From the IMG/VR virus record IMGVR_UViG_3300031998_000016: a stretch of 20,000 nt of DNA; one strand, given 5' to 3'. Position numbers and translations under genes: made by a program. The notes beneath the pieces were generated by a model. It was not told where the DNA came from, did no database searches, and saw only the letters and a list, made by a program, of their open reading frames with translations. Source of the DNA: an uncultured virus (IMG/VR IMGVR_UViG_3300031998_000016). Its lineage: Duplodnaviria > Heunggongvirae > Uroviricota > Caudoviricetes. Positions 1 through 8,030 of this stretch are shown piece after piece; within the stretch, counting starts at the first letter, position 1, and each line of letters begins with the position of its first letter.

Positions 1-329
1 GAAGGCCCTATTTTTATAATGGTTGCTTTAGCATTTGATATGGTCATTTTCTTAAATACCCGACACTTAGTAAGTCCCCACTCTCCCCTTTCATACATTT
101 CGTTTACGTATTTTTCAAAATATTCCATCCATGTTGCAATAGACATATCTTCGTCTGCCACCCTATATTCGCCATAAGCATTTTCTGCCTCCATTGATAA
201 GGCGTAATCTCCACCATTATCAAAGTATTCTCTTGCTTTCATAAGAGAGGTTGCTGATTTGATATAATCTTTTATTTTTTCCTTTGTATCATATATGTTG
301 CCATAGCCATCTTTTCCTATATATTTCAT
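1..329 (-). CDS. hypothetical phage protein, 3'-truncated by window edge
   Basis: ATG at 329 overlaps the TAA of the upstream gene (TAATG). Frame MKYIGKDGYGNIYDTKEK... stays open to the window edge. Confidence 0.75.
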   Translation of the reverse strand, partial: MKYIGKDGYGNIYDTKEKIKDYIKSATSLMKAREYFDNGGDYALSMEAENAYGEYRVADEDMSIATWMEYFEKYVNEMYERGEWGLTKCRVFKKMTISNAKATIIKIGP

Positions 330-937
330 TATAATCTCTCCTCACTAAATTCAACTTTAAAATTATCATGAAATTGACCAAATACTGTCGCGAATATGTC
401 GGCATTTGAAAGACCTTTATCAACATATGCTTTCCATTGGCTTTCTGTAAAGAACACTTCACCATAGAAACTAAAATTCACAAGGTCATTTACACTATCA
501 TGTCCTAAAATGTACGTAGGTTCTTCTACAAAAGGAGTCTTAACAAGATTCACCTCGCAAGGTAAATATATCTTTAATTTATTGGCGCTAATAGCTTCTG
601 CCATATCAGCTCTTACAACGATTTTATAACAATCTTCTGCCACCTCTATATAAAAGCTATTGTCTGGCATACAAAACTTGCCTGTTTCTATTAACTTTCC
701 AAGAACCATTTTACAGTATAAATCAAAGTAATATTCAACATCGTTGTAGTTAAAAATCTTACTACATGGATACTGTTCGTTGCCGTCATGGTCAAGAACC
801 GCTCTATACATATCTTCAAGAAAGACATTATATGTTAAATAATCATCAACTACTGCATACCAATTATCATATTCACCGGCCTTTTCGTAGTCACCATAAG
901 AATCACGTTCATATACTACATAATTTGCATTAATCAT
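329..937 (-). CDS. hypothetical phage protein
   Basis: ORF 329..964. Likely start is ATG 937 (MINANY) behind an AAGGAG RBS. Confidence 0.8.
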   Translation of the reverse strand: MINANYVVYERDSYGDYEKAGEYDNWYAVVDDYLTYNVFLEDMYRAVLDHDGNEQYPCSKIFNYNDVEYYFDLYCKMVLGKLIETGKFCMPDNSFYIEVAEDCYKIVVRADMAEAISANKLKIYLPCEVNLVKTPFVEEPTYILGHDSVNDLVNFSFYGEVFFTESQWKAYVDKGLSNADIFATVFGQFHDNFKVEFSEERL

Positions 938-942
938 TATTA

Positions 943-1260
943 TCAACTCCTTACATACACGCAAATACCAGGGTCTTCTTTCGCCGCGATTTCATTAAAA
1001 CAACATTCAAAAGTGCCGGCAAGATTATCTGTATCTATATCATTAACATCTATATAGACCCAAGCACTAAAGAATCTACCGTTCGGGCCGCCCTCTATTT
1101 CAAAGTCATAGCGGTTTTCGCGGCTCTTAGGCATTTCTCCCATAATAGTGTTTGGGTCGAAATTTATGTCTTCTATGCTATTAAGAAAGACATCAATCAT
1201 GCCGGATTCTCCCTGAGTAAAATCCCAATTTACATTTTCAATACTTGCACATATTACCAT
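943..1260 (-). CDS. hypothetical acidic protein
   Basis: 105-aa ORF, GAGGT RBS, coupled to the upstream stop. Confidence 0.75.
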   Translation of the reverse strand: MVICASIENVNWDFTQGESGMIDVFLNSIEDINFDPNTIMGEMPKSRENRYDFEIEGGPNGRFFSAWVYIDVNDIDTDNLAGTFECCFNEIAAKEDPGICVYVRS

Positions 1261-1658
1261 TATTCTACCTCTTTCGCACGTAACATTTGACTTAAAACAT
1301 CTATAATATTTTCCATAGTCGTTACAAACGGAAACTGAAATGTTTCTGCTGGGATGATATGGTCTAAATTAGTTGCCTTTCCTACCACTTCATTTACATA
1401 AAATGAGCAATATAATTTTCCATCCCTAAAGTCTTCTTTTTTAGAACCCATAAAGTGGTCTATATTTAAAACTCCATCATCAATTAAAAAAGTAACAAAT
1501 CTATGCTTTCTAGGAAGTTTGTCTTTTTCTTCAATCTCTCTCATGGATACATGAGGGAAGAATTCTTCATAGCAAGGAAAGGTGATTGTTGTTTGTTTAC
1601 GATTTAATTTAATTGGAAGGCCATTTATAACCACTAAAAAAAGTCTACCTTTGCTCAT
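1260..1658 (-). CDS. hypothetical protein
   Basis: 132-aa ORF with ATGA overlap to the upstream gene. Confidence 0.75.
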   Translation of the reverse strand: MSKGRLFLVVINGLPIKLNRKQTTITFPCYEEFFPHVSMREIEEKDKLPRKHRFVTFLIDDGVLNIDHFMGSKKEDFRDGKLYCSFYVNEVVGKATNLDHIIPAETFQFPFVTTMENIIDVLSQMLRAKEVE

Positions 1659-2080
1659 ACCATTCTCTCCTTAATCTCTTTAAGAGTATTAACAACCATT
1701 GAGAAAAATTCAAACTCTTCTCTTATGTATTCCGGCTTGCCCCAAAAGACCAAATCTGCATAAGGAAAAACACCCTTTTCAAGTTTTGTCTTGTGATGCT
1801 CTGCTTCGGCTTTAAAATTCATAATGTATTCATCTATGTTTTCCGTAGTAAGAACAATAGTCATATCGCGCCAATTAGCGAATCGAGTCTGAGCAACTTC
1901 ACTAATTCCACAGTCTATGCCGTCTATAAAGTAATGACGTTCATAACAAGGCTCATAGCGAAGTGTGTCTGGGTTTGGATAAACACAATCAACAAAATCC
2001 TTTTCGCTTAAAACGTGTACATTTTCCATTGCAATACCTTCGTGGTATTCCTTAACTCTTTCAAATACAATAGCGTTCAT
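1655..2080 (-). CDS. hypothetical protein
   Basis: 141-aa ORF with AAAGGA RBS, just downstream of promoter 2126-2154. Confidence 0.8.
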   Translation of the reverse strand: MNAIVFERVKEYHEGIAMENVHVLSEKDFVDCVYPNPDTLRYEPCYERHYFIDGIDCGISEVAQTRFANWRDMTIVLTTENIDEYIMNFKAEAEHHKTKLEKGVFPYADLVFWGKPEYIREEFEFFSMVVNTLKEIKERMV

Positions 2081-2125
2081 AATTTTAGTCCTTTCTGTTT
2101 ATCTCTCTCTTAACTTTCTATATAT

Positions 2126-2154
2126 ATTATAACATACTTTAGCCTAAAAGTCAA
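2126..2154 (-). promoter_or_regulatory. sigma70/sigmaA-type promoter
   Basis: TTGACT-17 bp-TATAAT with extended TG. Confidence 0.85.
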
Positions 2155-2346
2155 GAATTCCTAAAAAATTCCATTTGTGCCGCGAAATTTATTCATTCAT
2201 AAGCCAATCTCAGAAGGCAAATTATGCCTTCCTAAATCCTCTAATATTTTTTAATAACTTTATATTAAAAACATAGTAGAGGAGAAAAATCACCCTCTTT
2301 TCGCCGCGAATTTTAGTCGAAAATAAAAAATTTTTTAAAAAAAATG

Positions 2347-2376
2347 AAAAAGGAGTAGGAAAAATTTTCCTACTCC
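2347..2376 (-). terminator. intrinsic terminator after the TROVE gene
   Basis: GGAGTAGGAAAATTTTTCCTACTCC hairpin followed by TTTTT. Confidence 0.85.
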
Positions 2377-2383
2377 CTGTATA

Positions 2384-4072
2384 TTATCTATATCTTACTG
2401 GTGGAAGATTTGACTGGGACTGCTTCTGAGTCTTTGACTTCTGCTTTGGAGCGTTCTGTCTGTTCTCAATTTCATCCCACTTTGCAATGAAGTCTGCGGC
2501 GAAGCTTACTTCCTTACCTGTCCATCCGGAGAGGATAGCAGTTCTGTAAGAGTATTCTGGTAAGATGACGTTATCGTAGCCAGCAGTCTGTACCATGAAA
2601 ACATTCACTTTTGGGTTTACTGTTCTACGGTATTCCTGAACTAACTTGTAAACATCAATGTAACCAGTACGGTATTCAGCTTCGAAGCCCTTGTCACGGT
2701 ACTTTCTTCTCTGCTCTGGTGTGCCGTAAAGACAACCGTGACCAGCCTGCATATCAGAGAAGATAAAGATGTTATCATAGAACTCCTTGTTGTCGATTGC
2801 GTTGATTAAGAATTCCCAAATACCACCTTCTGTGCTCTTACCAATATCAGAACCCTTTGTTTCATTAACCTTCTGAGCCTGGATTAAGCAACCGTTTCTC
2901 TTTGAGATTGGGTAAGTCTTTAACTTGTCACCGAACTTACCAACAACACCATCATCTGAAAGCTTTGCAGCAATTACAGCAGAAAGGTTGTCGATTTCGG
3001 CAACAGTAACTGTACCATACTCTGATGTGATACCGCCCCAAGCAGAACCGCTGTTATCAGATAAGCACATTGTCTTACCCTTTAACTTTGGCATATTGTC
3101 AAGAGCAATATCCATACATTCTTCAAGAGTGTCAAGGATTAATGACTTGTAGCTAACGTCTGCCTTTTCGATAACACCCATTGCTGTGTAGTATCTGAAC
3201 GGGAACTGCTTGCCGCGAAGTACGCCATCCTTTAACTTCTTAAGGTATCTCTTAGCAAAGTTAACGTCTATCTGTTCTGAGAATACGTTTCTGAGGTTTC
3301 TTAAAAGAGCCATGTGACCCATGTTTGTTGTGTTGAAGATTTCCTTCCAACCCATACCTCTTGAACGTTTCTGTTCCCAAGTTTCGTCTGAATCTGAAAC
3401 TTCAAGTCTATCATTAAGGAGTGCATCTAACACTGGAGAATTTGCGTGTGTAAGACGAACTGCATTAATCATACCGATTTCAGCGTTCTTGTACTTGTTA
3501 ACAGCGTATGTGTCGAGCTTTGAAAGCTTATCAGCAATGCTTCTCTTAAGAACTGATGGAAGCTTAGACTTGCCGCCATTCTTATAGATGTAGTATGCTA
3601 ACTGAGTTGCTGGTTCATCAGCTCTAGCCATTACCTTATCATTGATTGCCGCGAAAACACCAGGGTTTTCAGAAGTGAACTTTGCTCTGTCTCTGTGGAT
3701 TGCGGCACGAACCATGATTACCTGTGGGTTTAATCTCATGTTGTAAGTGTCACGAAGTTCTGCGGCAAATTCAAGTGTTGCACCGAAATCATAGGCAAGT
3801 GCGTCGTCGATTACCTGTTCAAAGATTTCTGTAGTTGTCTGACCAACATACTCCCCGAACATGATGTCTAAACCTCTAAGCGCACGGTCGATTTCATATC
3901 TACGTTCCTTTACATTTGAACGGTAATAAGATGGTTCACCAAAGATTGATGATGCTGCAACCAACTTAAGAGTATCAAGTGGGTTAACTGTATAAGACTT
4001 GCCGCCCATAAAGTTTACTGTTGTGTTCTTTATCTTGTTTTCTGCCTTAATTTCTCTAGCTATTCTGCTCAT
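2384..4072 (-). CDS. rsr: Ro60/Rsr-like TROVE-domain RNA-binding protein with C-terminal vWA domain
   Basis: 562 aa. TROVE-type N-terminus (NFMGG...SSIFGEPSYY), TWE and MALLRNLRN segments, QFPFRY, vWA MIDAS DNSGS and a later FSDMQ motif, ending ...LSGW. AAGGAGG RBS. Confidence 0.9.
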   Translation of the reverse strand: MSRIAREIKAENKIKNTTVNFMGGKSYTVNPLDTLKLVAASSIFGEPSYYRSNVKERRYEIDRALRGLDIMFGEYVGQTTTEIFEQVIDDALAYDFGATLEFAAELRDTYNMRLNPQVIMVRAAIHRDRAKFTSENPGVFAAINDKVMARADEPATQLAYYIYKNGGKSKLPSVLKRSIADKLSKLDTYAVNKYKNAEIGMINAVRLTHANSPVLDALLNDRLEVSDSDETWEQKRSRGMGWKEIFNTTNMGHMALLRNLRNVFSEQIDVNFAKRYLKKLKDGVLRGKQFPFRYYTAMGVIEKADVSYKSLILDTLEECMDIALDNMPKLKGKTMCLSDNSGSAWGGITSEYGTVTVAEIDNLSAVIAAKLSDDGVVGKFGDKLKTYPISKRNGCLIQAQKVNETKGSDIGKSTEGGIWEFLINAIDNKEFYDNIFIFSDMQAGHGCLYGTPEQRRKYRDKGFEAEYRTGYIDVYKLVQEYRRTVNPKVNVFMVQTAGYDNVILPEYSYRTAILSGWTGKEVSFAADFIAKWDEIENRQNAPKQKSKTQKQSQSNLPPVRYR

Positions 4073-4089
4073 AATATCGTCCTCCTTAA

Positions 4090-4380
4090 TTATCTTGCGG
4101 ATATTGTCTTAAATTTCTTAGCCGCACGTTCTTGTCTTATTTTCTTAGCTTCTGCTTTATTTGGAATATGTGGTCTTGTTTTGAGAATTGTATAAATCCT
4201 CATTACCATTTCGCGGCGAAGTGCCGCACAAGCCTTTTGGCATTTGCAATTGCCCCAATAGCAATCATGTGTATAGTCGGGACAATTATAATCATAAAAT
4301 CTCATAAGGTCTATCAGTTTTTTAGTAGCCATGAGATTAAGTTTGTCTTCTGAAATTATTTCAAAACAAGGTGTCGTCAT
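4090..4380 (-). CDS. hypothetical basic Cys-containing protein, in the TROVE transcription unit
   Basis: 96-aa ORF, GAGGT RBS. Confidence 0.75.
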   Translation of the reverse strand: MTTPCFEIISEDKLNLMATKKLIDLMRFYDYNCPDYTHDCYWGNCKCQKACAALRREMVMRIYTILKTRPHIPNKAEAKKIRQERAAKKFKTISAR

Positions 4381-4384
4381 AGTC

Positions 4385-4534
4385 TTACCTCTTTTTAAAA
4401 TCTTCTACTGTATTTATAATTTCTTTAATTAGATAAAGCGCAAGCCAAATAGTGAGTAAAAGTAACACCAATGCTCCGCCAGCTACTATTACTATGCCAA
4501 TTATATTTCCTAATGCTTCAAAAAAATCTGTCAT
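4385..4534 (-). CDS. small membrane protein (49 aa, not in ORF track)
   Basis: MTDFFEALGNIIGIVIVAGGALVLLLLTIWLALYLIKEIINTVEDFKKR*. AAAGGA RBS. First gene after promoter 4567-4595. Confidence 0.75.
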   Translation of the reverse strand: MTDFFEALGNIIGIVIVAGGALVLLLLTIWLALYLIKEIINTVEDFKKR

Positions 4535-4566
4535 AATTTACTTTCCTTTCTTAACTTTCTGTAATA

Positions 4567-4595
4567 ATTATAACATAAATTCTTTAAAAAGTAAA
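4567..4595 (-). promoter_or_regulatory. sigma70/sigmaA-type promoter of the TROVE operon
   Basis: TTTACT-17 bp-TATAAT, extended TG. Confidence 0.75.
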
Positions 4596-4599
4596 GAAT

Positions 4600-4630
4600 A
4601 AAAAAGACCGGATAGATGTACTATCCGGTC
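4600..4630 (-). terminator. intrinsic terminator of the tRNA/Y-RNA transcript
   Basis: GACCGGATAG-TACAT-CTATCCGGTC followed by TTTTTT. Confidence 0.9.
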
Positions 4631-4635
4631 ATTAA

Positions 4636-4708
4636 AGCTCCCACTCGGACTCGAACCGAGAACCTCGAAATTACAAGTTTCGCGCACTACCAATTGTGCT
4701 ATGAGAGC
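4636..4708 (-). tRNA. tRNA-Thr(TGT)
   Basis: Cloverleaf. Anticodon arm CGAAA-CTTGTAA-TTTCG, T-loop TTCGAGT. Confidence 0.92.
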
Positions 4709-4712
4709 ATAT

Positions 4713-4790
4713 AGTCGAGAAGGTCATATACGGAGAGTATCCAAAACAGATTAACAGGCTGTCGAAGTAACCGTATATACTGCATCGACT
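4713..4790 (-). ncRNA. Y-RNA-like element, copy 1
   Basis: AGUCGA-UGCAG-UAUAUACGG-UUACUUC...CCGUAUAUG-ACCUUC-UCGACU. Motif shared by 5 copies, next to the Ro60 gene. Confidence 0.7.
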
Positions 4791-4803
4791 TAATGAAAAA
4801 TAA

Positions 4804-4908
4804 TGACCGAGAAAGGTGAAAACGGGTTAAACGGACTCGAACCGCACTATTTCTGAACAAAGAAATTTTCAAACCAATTGAAGTAACCGTCTTCTAATGC
4901 ATCGGTTA
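4804..4908 (-). ncRNA. Y-RNA-like element, copy 2 (with tRNA-like T arm)
   Basis: ACCGA-UGCAUUA-GAAGACGG-UUACUUC...GCGG-UUCGAGU-CCGU...CCGUUUUC-ACCUUUC-UCGGU. Confidence 0.7.
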
Positions 4909-4909
4909 A

Positions 4910-4980
4910 AGCGAATAGTGGTAGTTGAAACCACATTTACTGGGTGGAAACCAGTCGTTCTTCCGTTGAACTACATCCGC
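4910..4980 (-). tRNA. tRNA-Gly(TCC), atypical T stem
   Basis: ACTGG-TTTCCAC-CCAGT. T arm GTGGT-TTCAACT-ACCAC (U53-A61). Confidence 0.8.
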
Positions 4981-4984
4981 ATGG

Positions 4985-5066
4985 GACAGAGAACTCTATA
5001 AACGCCGTATATGTGATAGGAAAAATCAAAATGGCTCCTGAAGTAAGCGTTCATTCTGCATCTGTC
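4985..5066 (-). ncRNA. Y-RNA-like element, copy 3
   Basis: GACAGA-UGCAGA-AUGAACGC-UUACUUC...GCGUUUAU-AGAGUUC-UCUGUC. Confidence 0.7.
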
Positions 5067-5082
5067 AATTTTAAAACAATAA

Positions 5083-5219
5083 TTACTGAGAATGTCTTAA
5101 TGAGAGTGGAAACCCCAGTTTTCTGCCATGGGACAAGGCCGCGATTCCTTGACGAGAAATCAAAATAGAATGGTGTCAAAAATTCTGTTATGAAGTATCT
5201 CATTAAACTGCTTCAGTAA
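5083..5219 (-). ncRNA. Y-RNA-like element, copy 4 (long insert)
   Basis: UUACUGA-AGCAGU-UUAAUGAGA-UACUUC...UCUCAUUAA-GACAUUC-UCAGUAA. Confidence 0.7.
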
Positions 5220-5221
5220 AG

Positions 5222-5303
5222 TGGGAGAGAGTGGACTCGAACCACTGGTGTTTCTACGTCACGATTTTACAGACCGCTACCCTCGCCGCTAGGTTACTCT
5301 CCC
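5222..5303 (-). tRNA. tRNA-Tyr(GTA)
   Basis: GCGGT-CTGTAAA-ATCGT, long variable arm. Confidence 0.92.
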
Positions 5304-5612
5304 ATATAATGGATGGAATTCTTGTTCTCGATGACTCCATCCCGCCAACGACCACACACTAAGCAGTGCTCTCAGCTCCCTCCTAAGCGTCACGGGGCTA
5401 GGGGGAAACCCGGAATGTCCTTCTCCTCATTCAGCAGTAGACTCTCTTTGGTCTACCTGTCAACCATGTATTTTTGGTAAGAAACATGATAAACAACTTC
5501 CAATCCACTCTTCTACTGTGTTTGGTAGGATATAATGGACTATGTAGAAGACCATTCACCATTCATATCCTAATTGGTTAATAGCAACCAATACTTGGTC
5601 AGCGACGACCAA

Positions 5613-5684
5613 TTGCGGCAATGGGAGTCGAACCCATTATCTCTTGGTTATGAGCCAAGCAACTTACCGTTTGTCCTTGCCGCG
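5613..5684 (-). tRNA. tRNA-Met(CAT), initiator-like
   Basis: C1:A72 mismatch (CGCGGCA/TGCCGCA). CTTGG-CTCATAA-CCAAG. Confidence 0.8.
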
Positions 5685-5686
5685 AA

Positions 5687-5758
5687 TCGGGATGGCGAGA
5701 TTCGAACTCACGTCTACAAAGTCCCAAACTTTGCCGTCTACCACTGGCTTACATCCCG
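5687..5758 (-). tRNA. tRNA-Pro(TGG)
   Basis: CGGGATG acceptor, CAAAG-TTTGGGA-CTTTG. Confidence 0.92.
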
Positions 5759-5863
5759 TTATTCGGGGTTAACGTTTCAACCATAAGGTACGTTAACCCA
5801 TATTGGTTATTTTCTGTTAGCCAACCTAACAATGGAGCTTATAGGGTTCCATGCACCTCGAAG

Positions 5864-5937
5864 CGGGCGATAAGGGAGTCGAACCCTTGGCCTTTTGATT
5901 AACAGTCAAACGCTCTAACCAGCTGAGCTAATCACCC
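5864..5937 (-). tRNA. tRNA-Asn(GTT)
   Basis: TTTGA-CTGTTAA-TCAAA. Confidence 0.92.
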
Positions 5938-6094
5938 GATATAGCGAGCAATCTGAGAATATTTATCGCGAAATCATACCTCTTTGCTCTGTCTTGTCTT
6001 CTTCCAAGATGCCAAGTCGCTGTCCTTTTTACGAGTGATACGCTGCAGTCACTTCAACTCTTTGTTGCTTAAAGTAGAAAGAGAACCTACTGAG

Positions 6095-6166
6095 CGGTCC
6101 ATAGGGGAATCGAACCCCTATCTGCCGATAGACAGTCGGCCGTCCTAACCGTTGAACGAATAGACC
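6095..6166 (-). tRNA. tRNA-Asp(GTC)
   Basis: GCCGA-CTGTCTA-TCGGC. Confidence 0.92.
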
Positions 6167-6171
6167 ATAGA

Positions 6172-6253
6172 AGATTGAGAATATGAATGACGCTGATTTT
6201 TCTGAAATAAGTACCCAAAACTTACGAAGTAAGCGTCAAGTCTGCTTCAATCT
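6172..6253 (-). ncRNA. Y-RNA-like element, copy 5
   Basis: AGAUUGA-AGCAGACU-UGACGCU-UACUUC...AGCGUCA-UUCAUAUUC-UCAAUCU. Fills the spacer between tRNA-Glu and tRNA-Asp. Confidence 0.7.
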
Positions 6254-6255
6254 AA

Positions 6256-6327
6256 TGACCCTACCCGGAATCGAACCGGGGTTTTCAGCGTGAAAAGCTG
6301 ACGTCCTAACCGCTAGACGATAGGGCC
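6256..6327 (-). tRNA. tRNA-Glu(TTC)
   Basis: TCAGC-TTTTCAC-GCTGA. Confidence 0.92.
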
Positions 6328-6373
6328 AGAAAGGACGGTGATTTTCAAAGACCTCACCAAGTCTGATGATAAG

Positions 6374-6449
6374 TGGAGCACCTGGAAATCGAATCCAGCT
6401 GATTTTCTGTTTGCAAAACAGATGACCACTCCTTGCAGTCCCGTGCCCC
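6374..6449 (-). tRNA. tRNA-Ala(TGC)
   Basis: G3:U70 pair, TCTGT-TTTGCAA-ACAGA. Confidence 0.88.
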
Positions 6450-6472
6450 ATATGTTTTTTATTGGGAATAAT

Positions 6473-7102
6473 TTATCCCCAACTCCATTTGTATCCATAA
6501 GCACTTTTCCTTTTACCTCTACAAACTGAAGAGATTTGAGAAGAAGCACCTTTAGATGTTGGAGTTATTTTTCCTAATGCTCTCGCAGCCGCTAAAGCCG
6601 ACGGAAAAGATTGTATATATTCACCATCAAGAGAATATTGATTTACAACTTTACCACAAACTCTTTGACTAACTTGGGCAGAAGAAATTATATCTACATC
6701 TCTTTCTTTAAGAATTAAATGAACACTATCGGCAGAAATATTCATAATTCTCGCGACCTCATTACAATTTAATACTTCATTATAAGTAGCAACTACCAAA
6801 TCCCTATCTATATAAGGTTTTCCGTCGCCGCCTATTGTAGCGTTGTAACCATTTTTGAAAGAACCATAATATTCAATCCAATATTTTTCTCTTTCCTCTG
6901 GAACAGAAGTTTCCTCAATTAATTCTATTGCGAAATTTTCAATTCCATATTTTCTCATGGCGTCATATAAAGGTCTTTTTTCACACCGTTCTTTTTGACT
7001 ATCTCTACAATGTTCTTCAAACCTTTTCTAAATAGAATTATAAGTTTTACCTATATAAAGTTTGCCATTGATAAGATTTGTGATTTTATAAATGTATGCC
7101 AA
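6473..7102 (-). CDS. GIY-YIG homing-type endonuclease with NUMOD1-like C-terminus; in-frame TAG at codon 25 (recoded or pseudogene)
   Basis: AAGGAG RBS and TTG start give MAYIYKITNLINGKLYIGKTYNSI*KRFEEH, in frame with ORF 6473..6958 (...EREKYWI...GYN...VNQYSLDGEYIQSFPS...SAYGYKW). Confidence 0.85.
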
Positions 7103-7150
7103 AACTAATCAGCTCCTTTTTATTTATTGTTTTGTATTTGTTATGTATCT

Positions 7151-7179
7151 ATTATAACATAACTTTCAAGAAAAGTCAA
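7151..7179 (-). promoter_or_regulatory. promoter (tandem 1)
   Basis: TTGACT-17 bp-TATAAT. Confidence 0.8.
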
Positions 7180-7234
7180 TCTTTAAACTTTTTAAGTTTT
7201 TGGTTTGAACTTTCTTCGTATTTATTATGTATTT

Positions 7235-7263
7235 ATTATAACATAACTTTCAAAGAAAGTCAA
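7235..7263 (-). promoter_or_regulatory. promoter (tandem 2; near-duplicate of tandem 1, 84 bp away)
   Basis: TTGACT-17 bp-TATAAT. Confidence 0.8.
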
Positions 7264-7324
7264 GCCTTTCACTTTTTAAGATTTTGAAAAGAATTTTTAA
7301 TTTCTTTTCTCATTTTCTATATTT

Positions 7325-7353
7325 ATTATAACATAGATTTTAGAATTTGTAAA
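7325..7353 (-). promoter_or_regulatory. promoter (tandem 3)
   Basis: TTTACA-17 bp-TATAAT. Confidence 0.8.
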
Positions 7354-7366
7354 GAATTTTACTTCT

Positions 7367-7696
7367 TTAATCTTCAAAATTAACTTCCTTAATAACTATA
7401 GAAATGTAATTTGAAACATAAAACTCAGCATAACCAAAATCTTCCGGAAGTTCTCTTGGAAGTTCCTTTAGTCTTTCGCCATCTTTGCCGAGAAGATAAT
7501 ATATATCACCTTCAAGATTTTCCTTTAGCTTAACGCCGCCGCAATCATTAGTAGTATCTCCATAGAGAATTTCTTCCACAAGCACATCAAGTACACTATC
7601 CTTAAAAAATCTCCATGCATTGCCGCGATTCCTAAAGAGATAAGTTTCTAATGGAGCGCCAATAGAGTCAATAAATTCAAGAGTTACTAAATACAT
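7367..7696 (-). CDS. hypothetical protein
   Basis: Likely start MYLVTL at 7696 behind AAGGAG. Confidence 0.8.
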   Translation of the reverse strand: MYLVTLEFIDSIGAPLETYLFRNRGNAWRFFKDSVLDVLVEEILYGDTTNDCGGVKLKENLEGDIYYLLGKDGERLKELPRELPEDFGYAEFYVSNYISIVIKEVNFED

Positions 7697-7697
7697 A

Positions 7698-7949
7698 TTA
7701 TTTCTCCTTACTAATTGATGGTTCATCCATTGATGCTAAAATACATCTTACTTTGTCCTGAGAAGTTGAGGAAATTGCCTTAACACCAACTACCTTAACT
7801 CTTGTACCATTACATACCTTTTTAGTCATATCTTCTGAAACCATTCGGATAATTGCACCAGCTTTTGGAACACCACCGACAACTTCAAAATCATATGTCT
7901 TGCCGGAAAAATCATTAAACTTGTTTCTAAACTGTACTGAAATATACAT
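7698..7949 (-). CDS. hypothetical protein
   Basis: 83-aa ORF, AAAGGA RBS, follows promoter 7981-8009. Confidence 0.8.
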   Translation of the reverse strand: MYISVQFRNKFNDFSGKTYDFEVVGGVPKAGAIIRMVSEDMTKKVCNGTRVKVVGVKAISSTSQDKVRCILASMDEPSISKEK

Positions 7950-7980
7950 TTAAATCTTCCTTTCTTGATTTTCTATATAT

Positions 7981-8009
7981 ATTATAACATAAGTTTATAG
8001 AAAAGTCAA
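7981..8009 (-). promoter_or_regulatory. sigma70/sigmaA-type promoter
   Basis: TTGACT-17 bp-TATAAT. Confidence 0.85.
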
Positions 8010-8030
8010 TATTTTATAAATTTTTCCAAA

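Noticed and set aside
4713..5219. CRISPR array interpretation of the recurring GAAGTAA/GAGAA motifs
   Set aside because: The repeats are not identical, spacing is irregular, the flanks covary as RNA stems and no cas genes are present.
5944..6090. Sixth Y-like copy starting at tctgagaat (5952)
   Set aside because: It lacks the UACUUC and GA(U/A)GCA motifs and has no matching terminal stem.
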